A stretch of DNA of 60,505 nt from an uncultured Alphaproteobacteria bacterium (GCA_937935995.1 CALGXF010000067.1:1-60505), one strand, 5' to 3'. Positions 38,956 to 49,971 are shown, numbered from the stretch's first letter. Notes: generated by a model from the letters alone, not told the origin. Translations and numbers: made by a program.

Positions 38956-39273
38956 ATGAAATTTGGGAGATTTTTAAAAAAACGCTTGTCTTTTCATGTC
39001 ATGGATGTCATCGGCATGGTTGCTGCCGCTCTTTTGATTACAACGCATCCGGATACGCAAGAGTTGTTTTATACATTGGGTGACCCGACGCTTTATTTAA
39101 GCTTGTTGTTGGTTGCTTTTTTGGGGCGCTCTTTGTATTGGCTGTTGATTTTACGCGCCGAAATGTTTTACTTGAAACATTCAATTGTCGGTTTTTTGGC
39201 CGATTATATCCGATTGGTTTTGGTGACTTTGTGTGTGACCGGCGCTTATTTGTTTGTGTTCGCCGTGCTGTAA
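38956..39273 (+). CDS. Small membrane protein (3 predicted TM helices)
   Basis: 105-aa hydrophobic ORF with no recognisable motif. Confidence 0.4.
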   Translation: MKFGRFLKKRLSFHVMDVIGMVAAALLITTHPDTQELFYTLGDPTLYLSLLLVAFLGRSLYWLLILRAEMFYLKHSIVGFLADYIRLVLVTLCVTGAYLFVFAVL

Positions 39274-40088
39274 AACATCGTTTTAAGCTTTTGTTGAAGT
39301 TGCTCCACCGACAAAGTTCCGGTGTGAATGCGCTGTTTTGTTTTTTCATACAAAGCCGGGTTGCGGTCTTGGCATTCTTTGACGAAAGCCGGCGGCAACG
39401 TTTTTAAATAAGCATGATATCGTTCATAAAAACCGTTATCCGTCCATGTATACGCAACGGGGCCGAAAGAAAGGCCGTTTAACGCATCGGCGTCTTTATT
39501 CATGAGGGCATCCAGCACGCGATCCGTAAAGTCTTTCGGCAAATGGGAAGCCTCTGTGGAAAAAGATACCGTGAATAAATGAGGCACTTGAATTTCCCCC
39601 TGAATTAAGGCTTTATTTCCCGGCGGCATTGTTTTGATTGTCAACAGGCCGTTGATATTCACTGTTTCCGGGCTGATTAACAACAGCGTTAAAAGCGGTT
39701 GATGAACCCAATCTTGGTAAGGAATGTAGTCTTTTAAGTGCTTTAAAAGTACGGCTTTGGACGGTTCATTTTCCAAAATCACATCATGCAAGTTGATTTG
39801 GGCATGAAGAACCTCAATTTCATAAGCGGTCGAAGAAATCGGCCCGAATTTAACTTTGTCGATTGTTTTAATGGCCGGGTAAGCCACAAAAGTGACATCC
39901 GAAAGAGCTGTTTGTTCACTGAAAAAAGGACGAGAGGCTTTTGTATAGGACAATCCGGCCAAAAACGATTTGTTTTGAATGGCGGCTTGTACGGCTTTGA
40001 CGGAATGCAGATGAATTTGATACACGAAAAAAGCAAACGAAAATGCAAATAAACATCCAATCATGGCATAAATAAGTTTATTTTTCAT
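39246..40088 (-). CDS. Hypothetical membrane-anchored protein
   Basis: Trimmed to the ATG at 40088, which has a GGAGG RBS. It has an N-terminal TM helix and is co-oriented with the upstream genes. Confidence 0.5.
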   Translation of the reverse strand: MKNKLIYAMIGCLFAFSFAFFVYQIHLHSVKAVQAAIQNKSFLAGLSYTKASRPFFSEQTALSDVTFVAYPAIKTIDKVKFGPISSTAYEIEVLHAQINLHDVILENEPSKAVLLKHLKDYIPYQDWVHQPLLTLLLISPETVNINGLLTIKTMPPGNKALIQGEIQVPHLFTVSFSTEASHLPKDFTDRVLDALMNKDADALNGLSFGPVAYTWTDNGFYERYHAYLKTLPPAFVKECQDRNPALYEKTKQRIHTGTLSVEQLQQKLKTMFYSTANTNK

Positions 40089-41262
40089 CTGTTTCCTCCG
40101 TCGGTAAAAAGAATGAACGCGGGACATCATACTTTTTTTCCATTAAATAAGCCGTTTCTTCCCACTCGGAACAGTTTGCTTGGCGGCATGCTTCATGGGC
40201 TGACAATGCCACGCGAGCCGCCGGTTTTTTCCATGAAATGCCGGCTTTTTTCTTTTCTTGCAACGAAAGCGGCGTTATTTGTCCCGTTACCAGATACCAT
40301 CCGGCATCCAAAGGTGTGTCGATTTGCAATGCAAACGGCAAGTCTGCCCAGCTTGTTTTTTCATTTTTTTCCGTTACATGAAGCACAAAACATCCTTTGA
40401 CCGGCATGTCCAATAAATCTGCGGCCGCCATCAATTGGTACGGAAAATCAACCTTGAATTGGCCGAATAAAAAGGCCGGTCGGTCATAAGGCGGCAAATC
40501 TTCCAAAAGCGTGTACGTTTGTTGAAGCAGCTTTTGTTTTTGCAAATCCGTTTCTTTTTCATGAACCAGTTGATTAAAAGATTTTTCCAAAATGAGCACC
40601 CAAGCGCCGGTGGGGCCTTTTTCAAGGTGCAACCGGGAAAAGACGTTTGTTTCGTATTCCGGGCTGTCAGATGCTTCAAAAATCAACGTCGATACGTTCG
40701 GGCAGATGTTTTGCGCATAGCTTTTAACAACCGTGACCAGACTGCTTAACGTTTCTTCTTTTTCAAAAAGCTTTTTATTTGAGGTGACTGCAATCACATG
40801 GAACGGTTCACACACATTAAAAGCCGGATACAGAAAGTTTTGAATGCGGGACGTCATTTTTCCGATGTAATCAATTTTAAGGGCAGGGTCATTTTCGATG
40901 AAATAAAAAGCTTCCTGAATGCCGGGCGTTGTCGAAACACGTTTAATAATCGGCGTGTTAAGCGGCGCTGATCCGACAAAATAACCATCCATAAAATAAC
41001 CGGAAAGCGAATCGCGAACGACTTGCTCCGGATCCAAAATGTGAACTTCGTGCGCGCCGTTTTCCAAACATTTTTCATCGGAAATATAAATGTTCCAATC
41101 AGAAGGGACTTTGACCGGAGACAAATAGCGCAATGTGCATTTTTTATCTTTTGTCGTCAAGACATATTCGTCAAAATTTTGTCCGACAAAAGAAACTGCT
41201 GTTTGTGCCCAAACAGGTATTGCCAACCAACAAAATAAAAAGAGCCAAATGTATTTTTTCAA
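40078..41262 (-). CDS. Hypothetical secreted protein
   Basis: 394 aa with signal peptide 'MKKYIWLFLFCWLAIPVWA'. It overlaps the upstream gene by 4 nt. Confidence 0.55.
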   Translation of the reverse strand: MKKYIWLFLFCWLAIPVWAQTAVSFVGQNFDEYVLTTKDKKCTLRYLSPVKVPSDWNIYISDEKCLENGAHEVHILDPEQVVRDSLSGYFMDGYFVGSAPLNTPIIKRVSTTPGIQEAFYFIENDPALKIDYIGKMTSRIQNFLYPAFNVCEPFHVIAVTSNKKLFEKEETLSSLVTVVKSYAQNICPNVSTLIFEASDSPEYETNVFSRLHLEKGPTGAWVLILEKSFNQLVHEKETDLQKQKLLQQTYTLLEDLPPYDRPAFLFGQFKVDFPYQLMAAADLLDMPVKGCFVLHVTEKNEKTSWADLPFALQIDTPLDAGWYLVTGQITPLSLQEKKKAGISWKKPAARVALSAHEACRQANCSEWEETAYLMEKKYDVPRSFFLPTEETDEK

Positions 41263-41735
41263 TCGATGGTCTCCTCTTCATACAATCCCCATAAATCGTC
41301 TTTGATGAGGTAGCCGCTGATTTTTTGAAAAGAGACTTTACAAAAAGCAGATTCAGGGCGGCATTTTTCCAATGTAACGATAATTTGCCCGTCGATATAG
41401 GCCAGCGGCCGAGAGGCAATGGTTTCTTTTTTGTACAACGTATGTTGTTTGTTTTTAAGTGTCAAAGCCGTTCTTTTCCCGGACAACATTTTTTTATGCA
41501 CCCAACCGGTCGTGTTATCGATGTCCCTGATTTTACGCCAGTGTTCAAATTCATCAATGATTTCAACCGGTAAAGAAACGCGCCGATAAACCCATTCAAT
41601 CGGAAAACGTTCTCCGGGACCGGTGCGCAAGTTGATTTCATTGCTGTGCAATGACGCAAAACGCGGCAATGTACTTTGTGCATGAACGGCACAACACGTA
41701 CCAAAAAGACAAAAAACAAACAGAAACCTAATCAT
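41259..41735 (-). CDS. Bacterial SH3 (DUF1058-type) domain protein
   Basis: Trimmed to the ATG at 41735 (GAGGAG RBS, signal peptide 'MIRFLFVFCLFGTCCAVHA'). 'INLRTGPGERFPIEWVYRRVSLPVEIIDEFEHWRKIRDIDNTTGWVHKKML' is the SH3b motif. Confidence 0.8.
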   Translation of the reverse strand: MIRFLFVFCLFGTCCAVHAQSTLPRFASLHSNEINLRTGPGERFPIEWVYRRVSLPVEIIDEFEHWRKIRDIDNTTGWVHKKMLSGKRTALTLKNKQHTLYKKETIASRPLAYIDGQIIVTLEKCRPESAFCKVSFQKISGYLIKDDLWGLYEEETID

Positions 41736-42678
41736 GTTTCTCCTCATCTTCGGTCGGCGGAACAGGCGGTTCAACCGGCGGAATGACCGGCGCTGCCACG
41801 GGGACATCATCCGGAATGATTTCTTCGTCTTGTGTCGGCACGTCCGGCATTGCTGCCGGATTGGCCTGTTCATCTTTTAATTCATCTTGAAGGACATTTG
41901 TTTCAACAATCGGACCGATTGCTTCGGGAGGCACCGTTGTTTCTTGAGCAATTTCTTCGACTTCCGGCGGAATAAACGGTGGGGCGGATATCTCACCGAT
42001 TTCGTCAGGATGTTCTTGATTAACGGCAGGAGCAGGTTCTAAAAAAGCCTCCTCGGAATGACCGTTCGGAATATCTTGATATTCGATTTCATCAATAGAA
42101 TCCAGTGCTTTATCCGCTTCTTCCTGCATGCGCTTAATTTCCGATTGTGAAAATGTTTCCATGTCCGGAGGTGACGGCAACGGTTCATCCGGTTTCGGCG
42201 ATTGTTCAACAACAGGGATTAAGGTGTCTGCCGTTTCTTCATCCGTAACCAAAACCGCCGGTTCAGGTTTCGGTTTTTCCGGTTGTTTGATTTCATCCCA
42301 TAAAATCCGCAGAACCGGAGAAAAAACAAGCGTTGCAATCGGCTGTCCGCGTCGGATTAAGACACTGTTGTGTCCCATGTTTTTTAAAGTAACGGAAATG
42401 GGTTGATGATTGGATGCGTCAATGGTAACCGGTGCGTTTAGAACGATAATCGGCATTGCATCCGAAAAGTGAACCAAAGAACGGATTTGTGCTTCTATGC
42501 CGAGCGGCAAAGCACATTGAAAGCCGGTTGGAACAGTTACAAAGTCACCCGGAGCGATTTTAATCGGGTTTGAAATTGCTGCCGCCAGCGTCAGTGTCGT
42601 GCCGATGCCGTCTTGATATTTGGGCAGGGGAATATCTAAAGAATCCGGTAATCTTAAAATGGGAATTTTCGGCAGCAT
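41728..42678 (-). CDS. dUTPase-fold protein with degenerate catalytic motifs and a ~180-aa Pro/Glu-rich tail
   Basis: 316 aa. The N-terminal ~135 aa align to trimeric dUTPase. 'PLPKYQDGIGTTLTLAAA' stands against 'PLPxYxxxGSAGLDLRA', and 'VTIDASNHQ' against 'GLIDSDYQG'. Motif V is absent. Confidence 0.6.
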   Translation of the reverse strand: MLPKIPILRLPDSLDIPLPKYQDGIGTTLTLAAAISNPIKIAPGDFVTVPTGFQCALPLGIEAQIRSLVHFSDAMPIIVLNAPVTIDASNHQPISVTLKNMGHNSVLIRRGQPIATLVFSPVLRILWDEIKQPEKPKPEPAVLVTDEETADTLIPVVEQSPKPDEPLPSPPDMETFSQSEIKRMQEEADKALDSIDEIEYQDIPNGHSEEAFLEPAPAVNQEHPDEIGEISAPPFIPPEVEEIAQETTVPPEAIGPIVETNVLQDELKDEQANPAAMPDVPTQDEEIIPDDVPVAAPVIPPVEPPVPPTEDEEKHD

Positions 42679-42689
42679 GCGTTTTATCC

Positions 42690-44188
<1,499 letters not shown>

Positions 44189-44304
44189 TTATATGAAAAA
44201 GAGGAAGAGCTTCAGGCCGGGGTGAAACAGAAAATCGTTTTGAAAGCTGTTTTGTTTGAAAAGAGGACAAATATAAAATCTCAGGGGAACCGCCTGACCT
44301 TTGT

Positions 44305-44396
44305 CCGGTCTTCTTATGCGACCAGCCACCCGGTCTTCTTATGCGGCCGATTGCCCACTCATTTTGCCCGGCCGGTTATTCGGTCATTCTTATGCG
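44305..44396. repeat. Three direct copies of a 16-nt motif between the rpmA terminator and obg
   Basis: CCGGTCTTCTTATGCG occurs at 44305-44320 and 44330-44345. The variant CGGTCATTCTTATGCG occurs at 44381-44396. Confidence 0.8.
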
Positions 44397-44425
44397 AAAA
44401 AGAGAAGGATACAAAATCCTTCTCT
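44394..44425 (-). terminator. Rho-independent terminator after rplU-rpmA
   Basis: On the minus strand: perfect hairpin AGAGAAGGAT-TTTGT-ATCCTTCTCT followed by TTTTT. Confidence 0.85.
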
Positions 44426-44448
44426 TTCCATAATTGTTTGCGTTAATA

Positions 44449-44709
44449 CTAGTCAGCTTTTTTAACAACGTTGACATAGACACGGTCTTCTTTGGACCGA
44501 GTAAATTCAACAACACCGTCAGATGTTGCAAAAATGGTGTGATCAACACCCAGACCGACATTTTCACCCGGGCGGTATTTTGTCCCGCGTTGACGAATGA
44601 TGATGTTTCCGGCAATAACAGCTTGCCCGCCGGCTTTTTTGACGCCTAAACGACGACCTTCGGAGTCGCGTCCGTTTCTTGTACTACCGCCTGCTTTTTT
44701 ATGAGCCAT
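44449..44709 (-). CDS. rpmA: 50S ribosomal protein L27
   Basis: 86 aa beginning '[24 protein letters not shown]'. Confidence 0.97.
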   Translation of the reverse strand: MAHKKAGGSTRNGRDSEGRRLGVKKAGGQAVIAGNIIIRQRGTKYRPGENVGLGVDHTIFATSDGVVEFTRSKEDRVYVNVVKKAD

Positions 44710-44727
44710 GACTTTTCTCCTTATACC

Positions 44728-45027
44728 TTAAGCTTTGATGTCTGCAATTTTGACAACAGACAATTCTTGCTTGTGACCATTTTTACGACGATAACCTTGC
44801 CGACGGCGTTTTTTGAAAACAATCACTTTTTCCCCGCGGGTTTGCTTCACGATTTCGCCTACGACCGAAGCACCTTCGACAAAGGGAGCGCCGACATTTC
44901 CGTCAACCATTAAAACTTCGTTGAAATTTACTTTTTCTCCGGCTTGCCCAGCAACGCGTTCAATCACAATGACGCTGTCTTTTGTCACTTTGTATTGCTT
45001 TCCGCCGGTCTTAATAACTGCAAACAT
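44728..45027 (-). CDS. rplU: 50S ribosomal protein L21
   Basis: 99 aa beginning 'MFAVIKTGGKQYKV'. Confidence 0.95.
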   Translation of the reverse strand: MFAVIKTGGKQYKVTKDSVIVIERVAGQAGEKVNFNEVLMVDGNVGAPFVEGASVVGEIVKQTRGEKVIVFKKRRRQGYRRKNGHKQELSVVKIADIKA

Positions 45028-45070
45028 ATTAATCCTCTATCAATCCAAAAACATAAAATTAAGAACTGCA

Positions 45071-45099
45071 CTTATACAGCAAGAACTCTTTCTTGTCAA
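45071..45099 (-). promoter_or_regulatory. Sigma70-type promoter for rplU-rpmA
   Basis: On the minus strand: TTGACA (45099-45094), a 17-nt spacer, then TATAAG (45076-45071). Confidence 0.5.
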
Positions 45100-45362
45100 T
45101 AAAAATCTTTAAATTTTCTGTATTTTTGTTGAAACATCCGAAATCAGATTGCCTTCTTTGCCGTTCGTCGGTTTTTTATTTTTTAAAACCGTTTGGAAAA
45201 TACTCCAAAACGGCCGGTTGCTTTAATGCAAAAAAAGGGCTTTGTTGAGGCGTCAATACCATCATAATAAAACAACCTTGATTCATTTTAAACCGGTTCG
45301 TGTTTCTGGCCGGTATAAAAATATTCTTGGCTCCTTTTTCAAACCTGTGTATATTAAACGTT

Positions 45363-48300
45363 ATGAAGAATAAACGATGCATTTTTTCGGGCGTACCCGG
45401 CGGGTATGATGTGTTGGTGTTGGCGGATTTGGTTCGCCGCCATCAATCGCTTTTTCATGTGGCAGCGGGAGAGGCGCATTTACAACAGATAAAAGAAGCT
45501 CTTGCCATCATGGCGCCCGATGTCAGCGTGTGGGATTTTCCGGCATGGGATACGGTGCCTTATGACCGCGTTTCCCCGCATCCGGATATTGAAGGCGCCC
45601 GATTGGAAACGTTGTCAAAGCTTGCCAATACCGGTGCTTTTCAAAAACCGACTTTGATTTTAACGTCGGTTAATGCCGTCTTGCAAAAAGTGCCGCCGAA
45701 AGATTTTTTCAAAGGTCATTTTTTGGACGCGCGGGTCGGCGGTTCTTTTGAATGGAATCAAGTTCAGGCTTTTTTAAACGAAAACGGCTACACACGAACC
45801 GAGCAAGTTATGGAACCCGGTGAATATGCACTGCGCGGCGGCATTGTGGATTTGTTCCCGGCCGGAGCGGAACATCCGATGCGGTTAGATTTGTTCGGCG
45901 ATGAATTGGAAAGTATCCGCACGTTTGACCCGATTAGCCAGAAAACCATCGGTCAAGTTGATTCTTTTTCCTTGAAACCCATGGCAGAGTTTATATTAAC
46001 GCCGGACAGCATTGCACGTTTTCGCACAAAGTATCGGGATTTGTTCGGCACGACGGATGATTTGTTGTATGAAAGTGTTTCTCATGGTCGTAAAATGGCC
46101 GGTATCGAGCATTGGCTGTCGCTGTTTTTTGAAAAGATGAGTTCTGTTTTATCCTATCAACCCGATGTGCCGGTTTCTTTGGATTTCGGTGCGGATAAAG
46201 CCGTTGAAGACCGTTGGGCGCAGATAAAGGAATACTATGAGGCGCGTTTAGCTTCTTTGGAAAATAAAGCGGATATGGGGCTGGTTTATCGGCCTGTTCC
46301 GCCGGATTTGTTCTTTTGGGACGAAAAAGCGTGGGCTTCTTTATTGGAAGACCGGCCGGTTGTTCAATTTTCGCCGTTTGTAGAGCCTGATTCAAAAGAC
46401 ATGGGTGGCCGAGTAGGCGAAAATTTTGCAGCTTCGCGTGAAAGTCAGGATGTTTTTGATAAATTGGCCGATTATATCGTAAAAACCAAAGAACACGTTG
46501 TTATCGGTGCTTATTCTTCCGTCAGCGCAGACCGAATCGCCGGCATTTTAAAGGAAAAAGGCGTGCCGGTGACGGTTGTTTCTTCTTGGCCGGCTGCGGT
46601 TAAAAAAACGCCGTCAGTGATGGTTCTGCCACTTGAAAAAGGGTTTAAAAGCAAGGACATTACTTTATTTACGGAATCGGATTTGCTGGGTGAAAAAGTC
46701 GGGCGTCCGACCAAGTATCGTAAAAGCAAAGAAAACTTTATCGAAGACATTTCGTCTCTGTCTGAAGGCGATTTAGTTGTCCATGTCAGTCACGGTATCG
46801 GCCGTTATGAAGGATTGGTAACCTTGTCTGTCGGCGGTGTGGCACATGATTGTTTAAAAATCGTTTATGCCGATGATGACAAGTTGTTTGTGCCGGTTGA
46901 AAATTTGGATATGTTGTCTCGATACGGTTCCGAAAATACGCACGTGGCGCTGGACAAATTAGGCGGTGGCGCTTGGGAAGCTCGGAAAAGCCGGATTAAA
47001 AAACGCTTGTTGGATATGGCGGAAAAATTAATTGCCGTTGCGGCAGCGCGGTTTGCGAAAAAAACAGAGAAAATTTATCCGCCGGCCGGTGTTTATAATG
47101 AATTTTGTGCGCGGTTTCCGTATGTGGAAACGCAAGATCAATTGAAATCTATTAACCAAGTGATGGCTGATTTTGAAAAGGGCTGTCCGATGGATAGGTT
47201 GATTTGCGGAGACGTCGGGTTCGGCAAAACGGAAGTTGCTTTACGGGCGGCTTTTATTGCGGCCATGAACGGAGAGCAGGTGGCTTTGGTCGTGCCGACG
47301 ACGTTGCTGGCACGGCAACATTATGAAACTTTTGCCAAACGCTTTAAAGGATTTCCGTTAAAAATTGGTCGGTTGTCTCGATTGGTGTCCGCTAAAGAAG
47401 CGGGAGAAACCAAAAAAGGGCTGGCAGACGGCAGCATTGATATCGTTATCGGGACGCATGCGTTGCTTTCGAAAAATCTTTCTTTTAAAAATTTAGGTTT
47501 GTTGATTGTGGATGAAGAGCAGCATTTCGGTGTTGCACACAAAGAACGGTTAAAAGAACTGAAATCCGATGTTCATGTGTTGACTTTGACGGCAACGCCT
47601 ATTCCGAGAACGTTGCAAATGTCTTTGACGGGGGTGCGTGATTTAAGTGTTATTGCAACGCCGCCGGTGGATCGAATGGCTGTCAGTACATTTGTCATGC
47701 CGTTTGATCCCGTCATTATTCGCGATGCCATCATGCGGGAACATTTACGCGGCGGCCAAACATTTTATGTGTGTCCGCGAATCAGTGATATGGCTCCGTT
47801 GTTGGAACGGCTACATAAAATCGTGCCGGAAGTCAAAATTGTGTCGGCGCATGGACAAATGAGCCCGTCTCAATTGGAAAAAATCATGAATGATTTTGCC
47901 GACGGTAAGTACGATGTGCTGTTGGCCACGTCGATTATTGAATCCGGTTTGGATATGCCTTCAGTCAATACGATGATTGTCCACAAAGCTGATATGTTTG
48001 GGTTAGCGGCTTTGTATCAATTGCGCGGCCGGGTCGGGCGTTCTAAAGTCAAAGCATACGCTTATTTAACAACGGTTGAACATAAGAAATTGACACCCAC
48101 AGCGACGCGCCGGTTGTCGGTTATGCAGAGTTTGGACAGTTTAGGTGCCGGTTTTACGTTGGCCAGCCATGATTTGGATATTCGAGGCGCCGGCAATCTG
48201 TTGGGGCAGGAGCAATCCGGGCATATCAAAGAAGTCGGCGTTGAATTATATCAAAAGATGTTGGAAGAAGCTGTGGCAACGTTAAAAGCCGGTACCGGTG

Positions 48301-48773
48301 CCGAAGAATTACAGGCACAGGAAAATTGGTCGCCGCAGATTTCTTTGGGATTGTCGGTTCTTATTCCCGAAAGCTATGTGCCGGATTTAGGGCTTCGTAT
48401 GGAATTGTATCATCGGTTGGCCAACATTGAAGATGAAGCCGAGTTGGATGAGATGCGGCTTGAACTGCAAGATCGGTTTGGCCCGATTCCGCAGGAAGTT
48501 CAAAATTTATTTGAAATTGTTCAAATCAAAGCGTTGTGTCGGGCTGCTTTTGTGGAAAAATTAGATGCCGGTCCAAAGGGATTGACGATTTCGTTTCATA
48601 ACAACCTGTATCCGAATCCAGCCGGATTGGTGGGCTTTATCAACGGGCAAATGGGGCTTGCCAAATTAAAGCCGGATAAGCTGACCGTAACGCGTGCTTG
48701 GGATCGGATGGAAGATCGTGTGAACGGCGTGAAACGAATTTTGGAAACGTTGGCGCGATTAGCTCAAGAATAA
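45363..48773 (+). CDS. mfd: Transcription-repair coupling factor
   Basis: Trimmed to the ATG at 45363. It has the helicase motifs 'GDVGFGKTEVA' and 'LLIVDEEQHFG', plus a TRG-like 'LYQLRGRVGRS'. Confidence 0.95.
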   Translation: MKNKRCIFSGVPGGYDVLVLADLVRRHQSLFHVAAGEAHLQQIKEALAIMAPDVSVWDFPAWDTVPYDRVSPHPDIEGARLETLSKLANTGAFQKPTLILTSVNAVLQKVPPKDFFKGHFLDARVGGSFEWNQVQAFLNENGYTRTEQVMEPGEYALRGGIVDLFPAGAEHPMRLDLFGDELESIRTFDPISQKTIGQVDSFSLKPMAEFILTPDSIARFRTKYRDLFGTTDDLLYESVSHGRKMAGIEHWLSLFFEKMSSVLSYQPDVPVSLDFGADKAVEDRWAQIKEYYEARLASLENKADMGLVYRPVPPDLFFWDEKAWASLLEDRPVVQFSPFVEPDSKDMGGRVGENFAASRESQDVFDKLADYIVKTKEHVVIGAYSSVSADRIAGILKEKGVPVTVVSSWPAAVKKTPSVMVLPLEKGFKSKDITLFTESDLLGEKVGRPTKYRKSKENFIEDISSLSEGDLVVHVSHGIGRYEGLVTLSVGGVAHDCLKIVYADDDKLFVPVENLDMLSRYGSENTHVALDKLGGGAWEARKSRIKKRLLDMAEKLIAVAAARFAKKTEKIYPPAGVYNEFCARFPYVETQDQLKSINQVMADFEKGCPMDRLICGDVGFGKTEVALRAAFIAAMNGEQVALVVPTTLLARQHYETFAKRFKGFPLKIGRLSRLVSAKEAGETKKGLADGSIDIVIGTHALLSKNLSFKNLGLLIVDEEQHFGVAHKERLKELKSDVHVLTLTATPIPRTLQMSLTGVRDLSVIATPPVDRMAVSTFVMPFDPVIIRDAIMREHLRGGQTFYVCPRISDMAPLLERLHKIVPEVKIVSAHGQMSPSQLEKIMNDFADGKYDVLLATSIIESGLDMPSVNTMIVHKADMFGLAALYQLRGRVGRSKVKAYAYLTTVEHKKLTPTATRRLSVMQSLDSLGAGFTLASHDLDIRGAGNLLGQEQSGHIKEVGVELYQKMLEEAVATLKAGTGAEELQAQENWSPQISLGLSVLIPESYVPDLGLRMELYHRLANIEDEAELDEMRLELQDRFGPIPQEVQNLFEIVQIKALCRAAFVEKLDAGPKGLTISFHNNLYPNPAGLVGFINGQMGLAKLKPDKLTVTRAWDRMEDRVNGVKRILETLARLAQE

Positions 48774-49885
48774 CCGTGTTCTTTTAACAGGTTTAAATGA
48801 ATTCCGCGAGCATGTTTTTGCAAGTATTTTATGATTTCGCCTTTGGTTTCGGTCAAAACACCCATGTAAGTGGGTTCGTGATGCGCTTGTTTGACTTGTG
48901 AATACAAATGCCGCAAACCCAAGTTTTCCGATGAATAAGTCAACATAATCGGTCGGTTTAAAATATATTTCAAAATGTTGTGAAATGAATTTTCACCGCG
49001 GTATAACGAAAAAGCACCGTCTTTGTGATACTGTTTCATCAAATGCAAATGTTCCAAAATGGTTTCCGGCGCTTGCGAAAACAGCATTGATTTTTTCACC
49101 GAAACCGTTCGAATATATTCAGCTGCAGGAATGCCTTCTTTAACAAAGAAAGTCGCCACACGCATGATATTGCTTTGCAACGTTTCCGGTTTTTGATAAT
49201 AGAAAGCCGGATTGCCTTTGTACGCCGCCAGACATGTTGATAAATCCAGTCCGTTTTTTTGATAAAAAGCAATCATTTGAGCCATCTTTTTATGAATGCT
49301 GTCCGGTGCCAGATACAATAAACAGGGCTTTTTGCGGGCAGAACCGATGAAGCTCGTCATCGTCAAACCGTTTTTTTGATAAGGCGCAACAATGCGTTCA
49401 ATGTTATTCATGATTGTATGCGGCCGCGTATGAAACAAAGTCGGTTCGTTCAGGCACATTTTTAAATATTCTTTGTCCGACAAATCCGGCGTGATGCCTT
49501 GTAAAGCTTTTGCCGTTTGAAGAACATTGCTGTGCAATTTTTGGGGTGTGTACAAAAACAAAGTCGGCACTTTGACAAAAGCCGTTAAAAATTCCTTTTT
49601 GGAAAAGCCGAACTCTTTAAAACAACGGAAAGTTTCTTCAAAGTGATCAGACAAAGTTGCCGGATTGGTTACGGCCAGATGCGGATATTGAATGACCGCT
49701 TTTTCCCATTGAGCAATGGTTAAACCGTATTCTTGGAAAGCCTCAATGGTTTCACGAATGCACGGCATGACGGTTGATTTGTGTCTGGCATGTATTTTTT
49801 CGGCAATTTGCTGAATTTTTAAACTTTTAAATCCGACTTCCAAAAAGCTTTTTTCCAAAAGCGGCTGTAATTCTTCAATCCCCAT
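48764..49885 (-). CDS. Helical-repeat protein with mTERF-like ~39-aa repeats
   Basis: Trimmed to the ATG at 49885 (GAGGGA RBS). It has 6-8 repeats of the form 'P-x-L-(F/L)..(P)-x-T-L......F.K.-G-(L/F)-s...(F/Y)', for example 'NPAFYYQKPETLQSNIMRVATFFVKEGIPAAEYIRTVSV'. Confidence 0.45.
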   Translation of the reverse strand: MGIEELQPLLEKSFLEVGFKSLKIQQIAEKIHARHKSTVMPCIRETIEAFQEYGLTIAQWEKAVIQYPHLAVTNPATLSDHFEETFRCFKEFGFSKKEFLTAFVKVPTLFLYTPQKLHSNVLQTAKALQGITPDLSDKEYLKMCLNEPTLFHTRPHTIMNNIERIVAPYQKNGLTMTSFIGSARKKPCLLYLAPDSIHKKMAQMIAFYQKNGLDLSTCLAAYKGNPAFYYQKPETLQSNIMRVATFFVKEGIPAAEYIRTVSVKKSMLFSQAPETILEHLHLMKQYHKDGAFSLYRGENSFHNILKYILNRPIMLTYSSENLGLRHLYSQVKQAHHEPTYMGVLTETKGEIIKYLQKHARGIHLNLLKEHGYS

Positions 49886-49971
49886 TTTTCCCTCACTTTT
49901 TATAAGTGTACAGGAAAGGTTGACAAAAGTCAAGAAAAGAATGATGAAACGGCTTTGTTTTTGCGTCGGGA

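Noticed and set aside
44222-44446. 74-aa plus-strand ORF in the rpmA-obg spacer
   Set aside because: It spans the three 16-nt direct repeats and the terminator hairpin. It has a GTG/TTG-type start without an RBS. The repeats explain the open frame better than coding does.
45991-46395. 134-aa minus-strand ORF inside mfd
   Set aside because: It is antisense to a confidently identified 1136-aa Mfd and has no independent signals.
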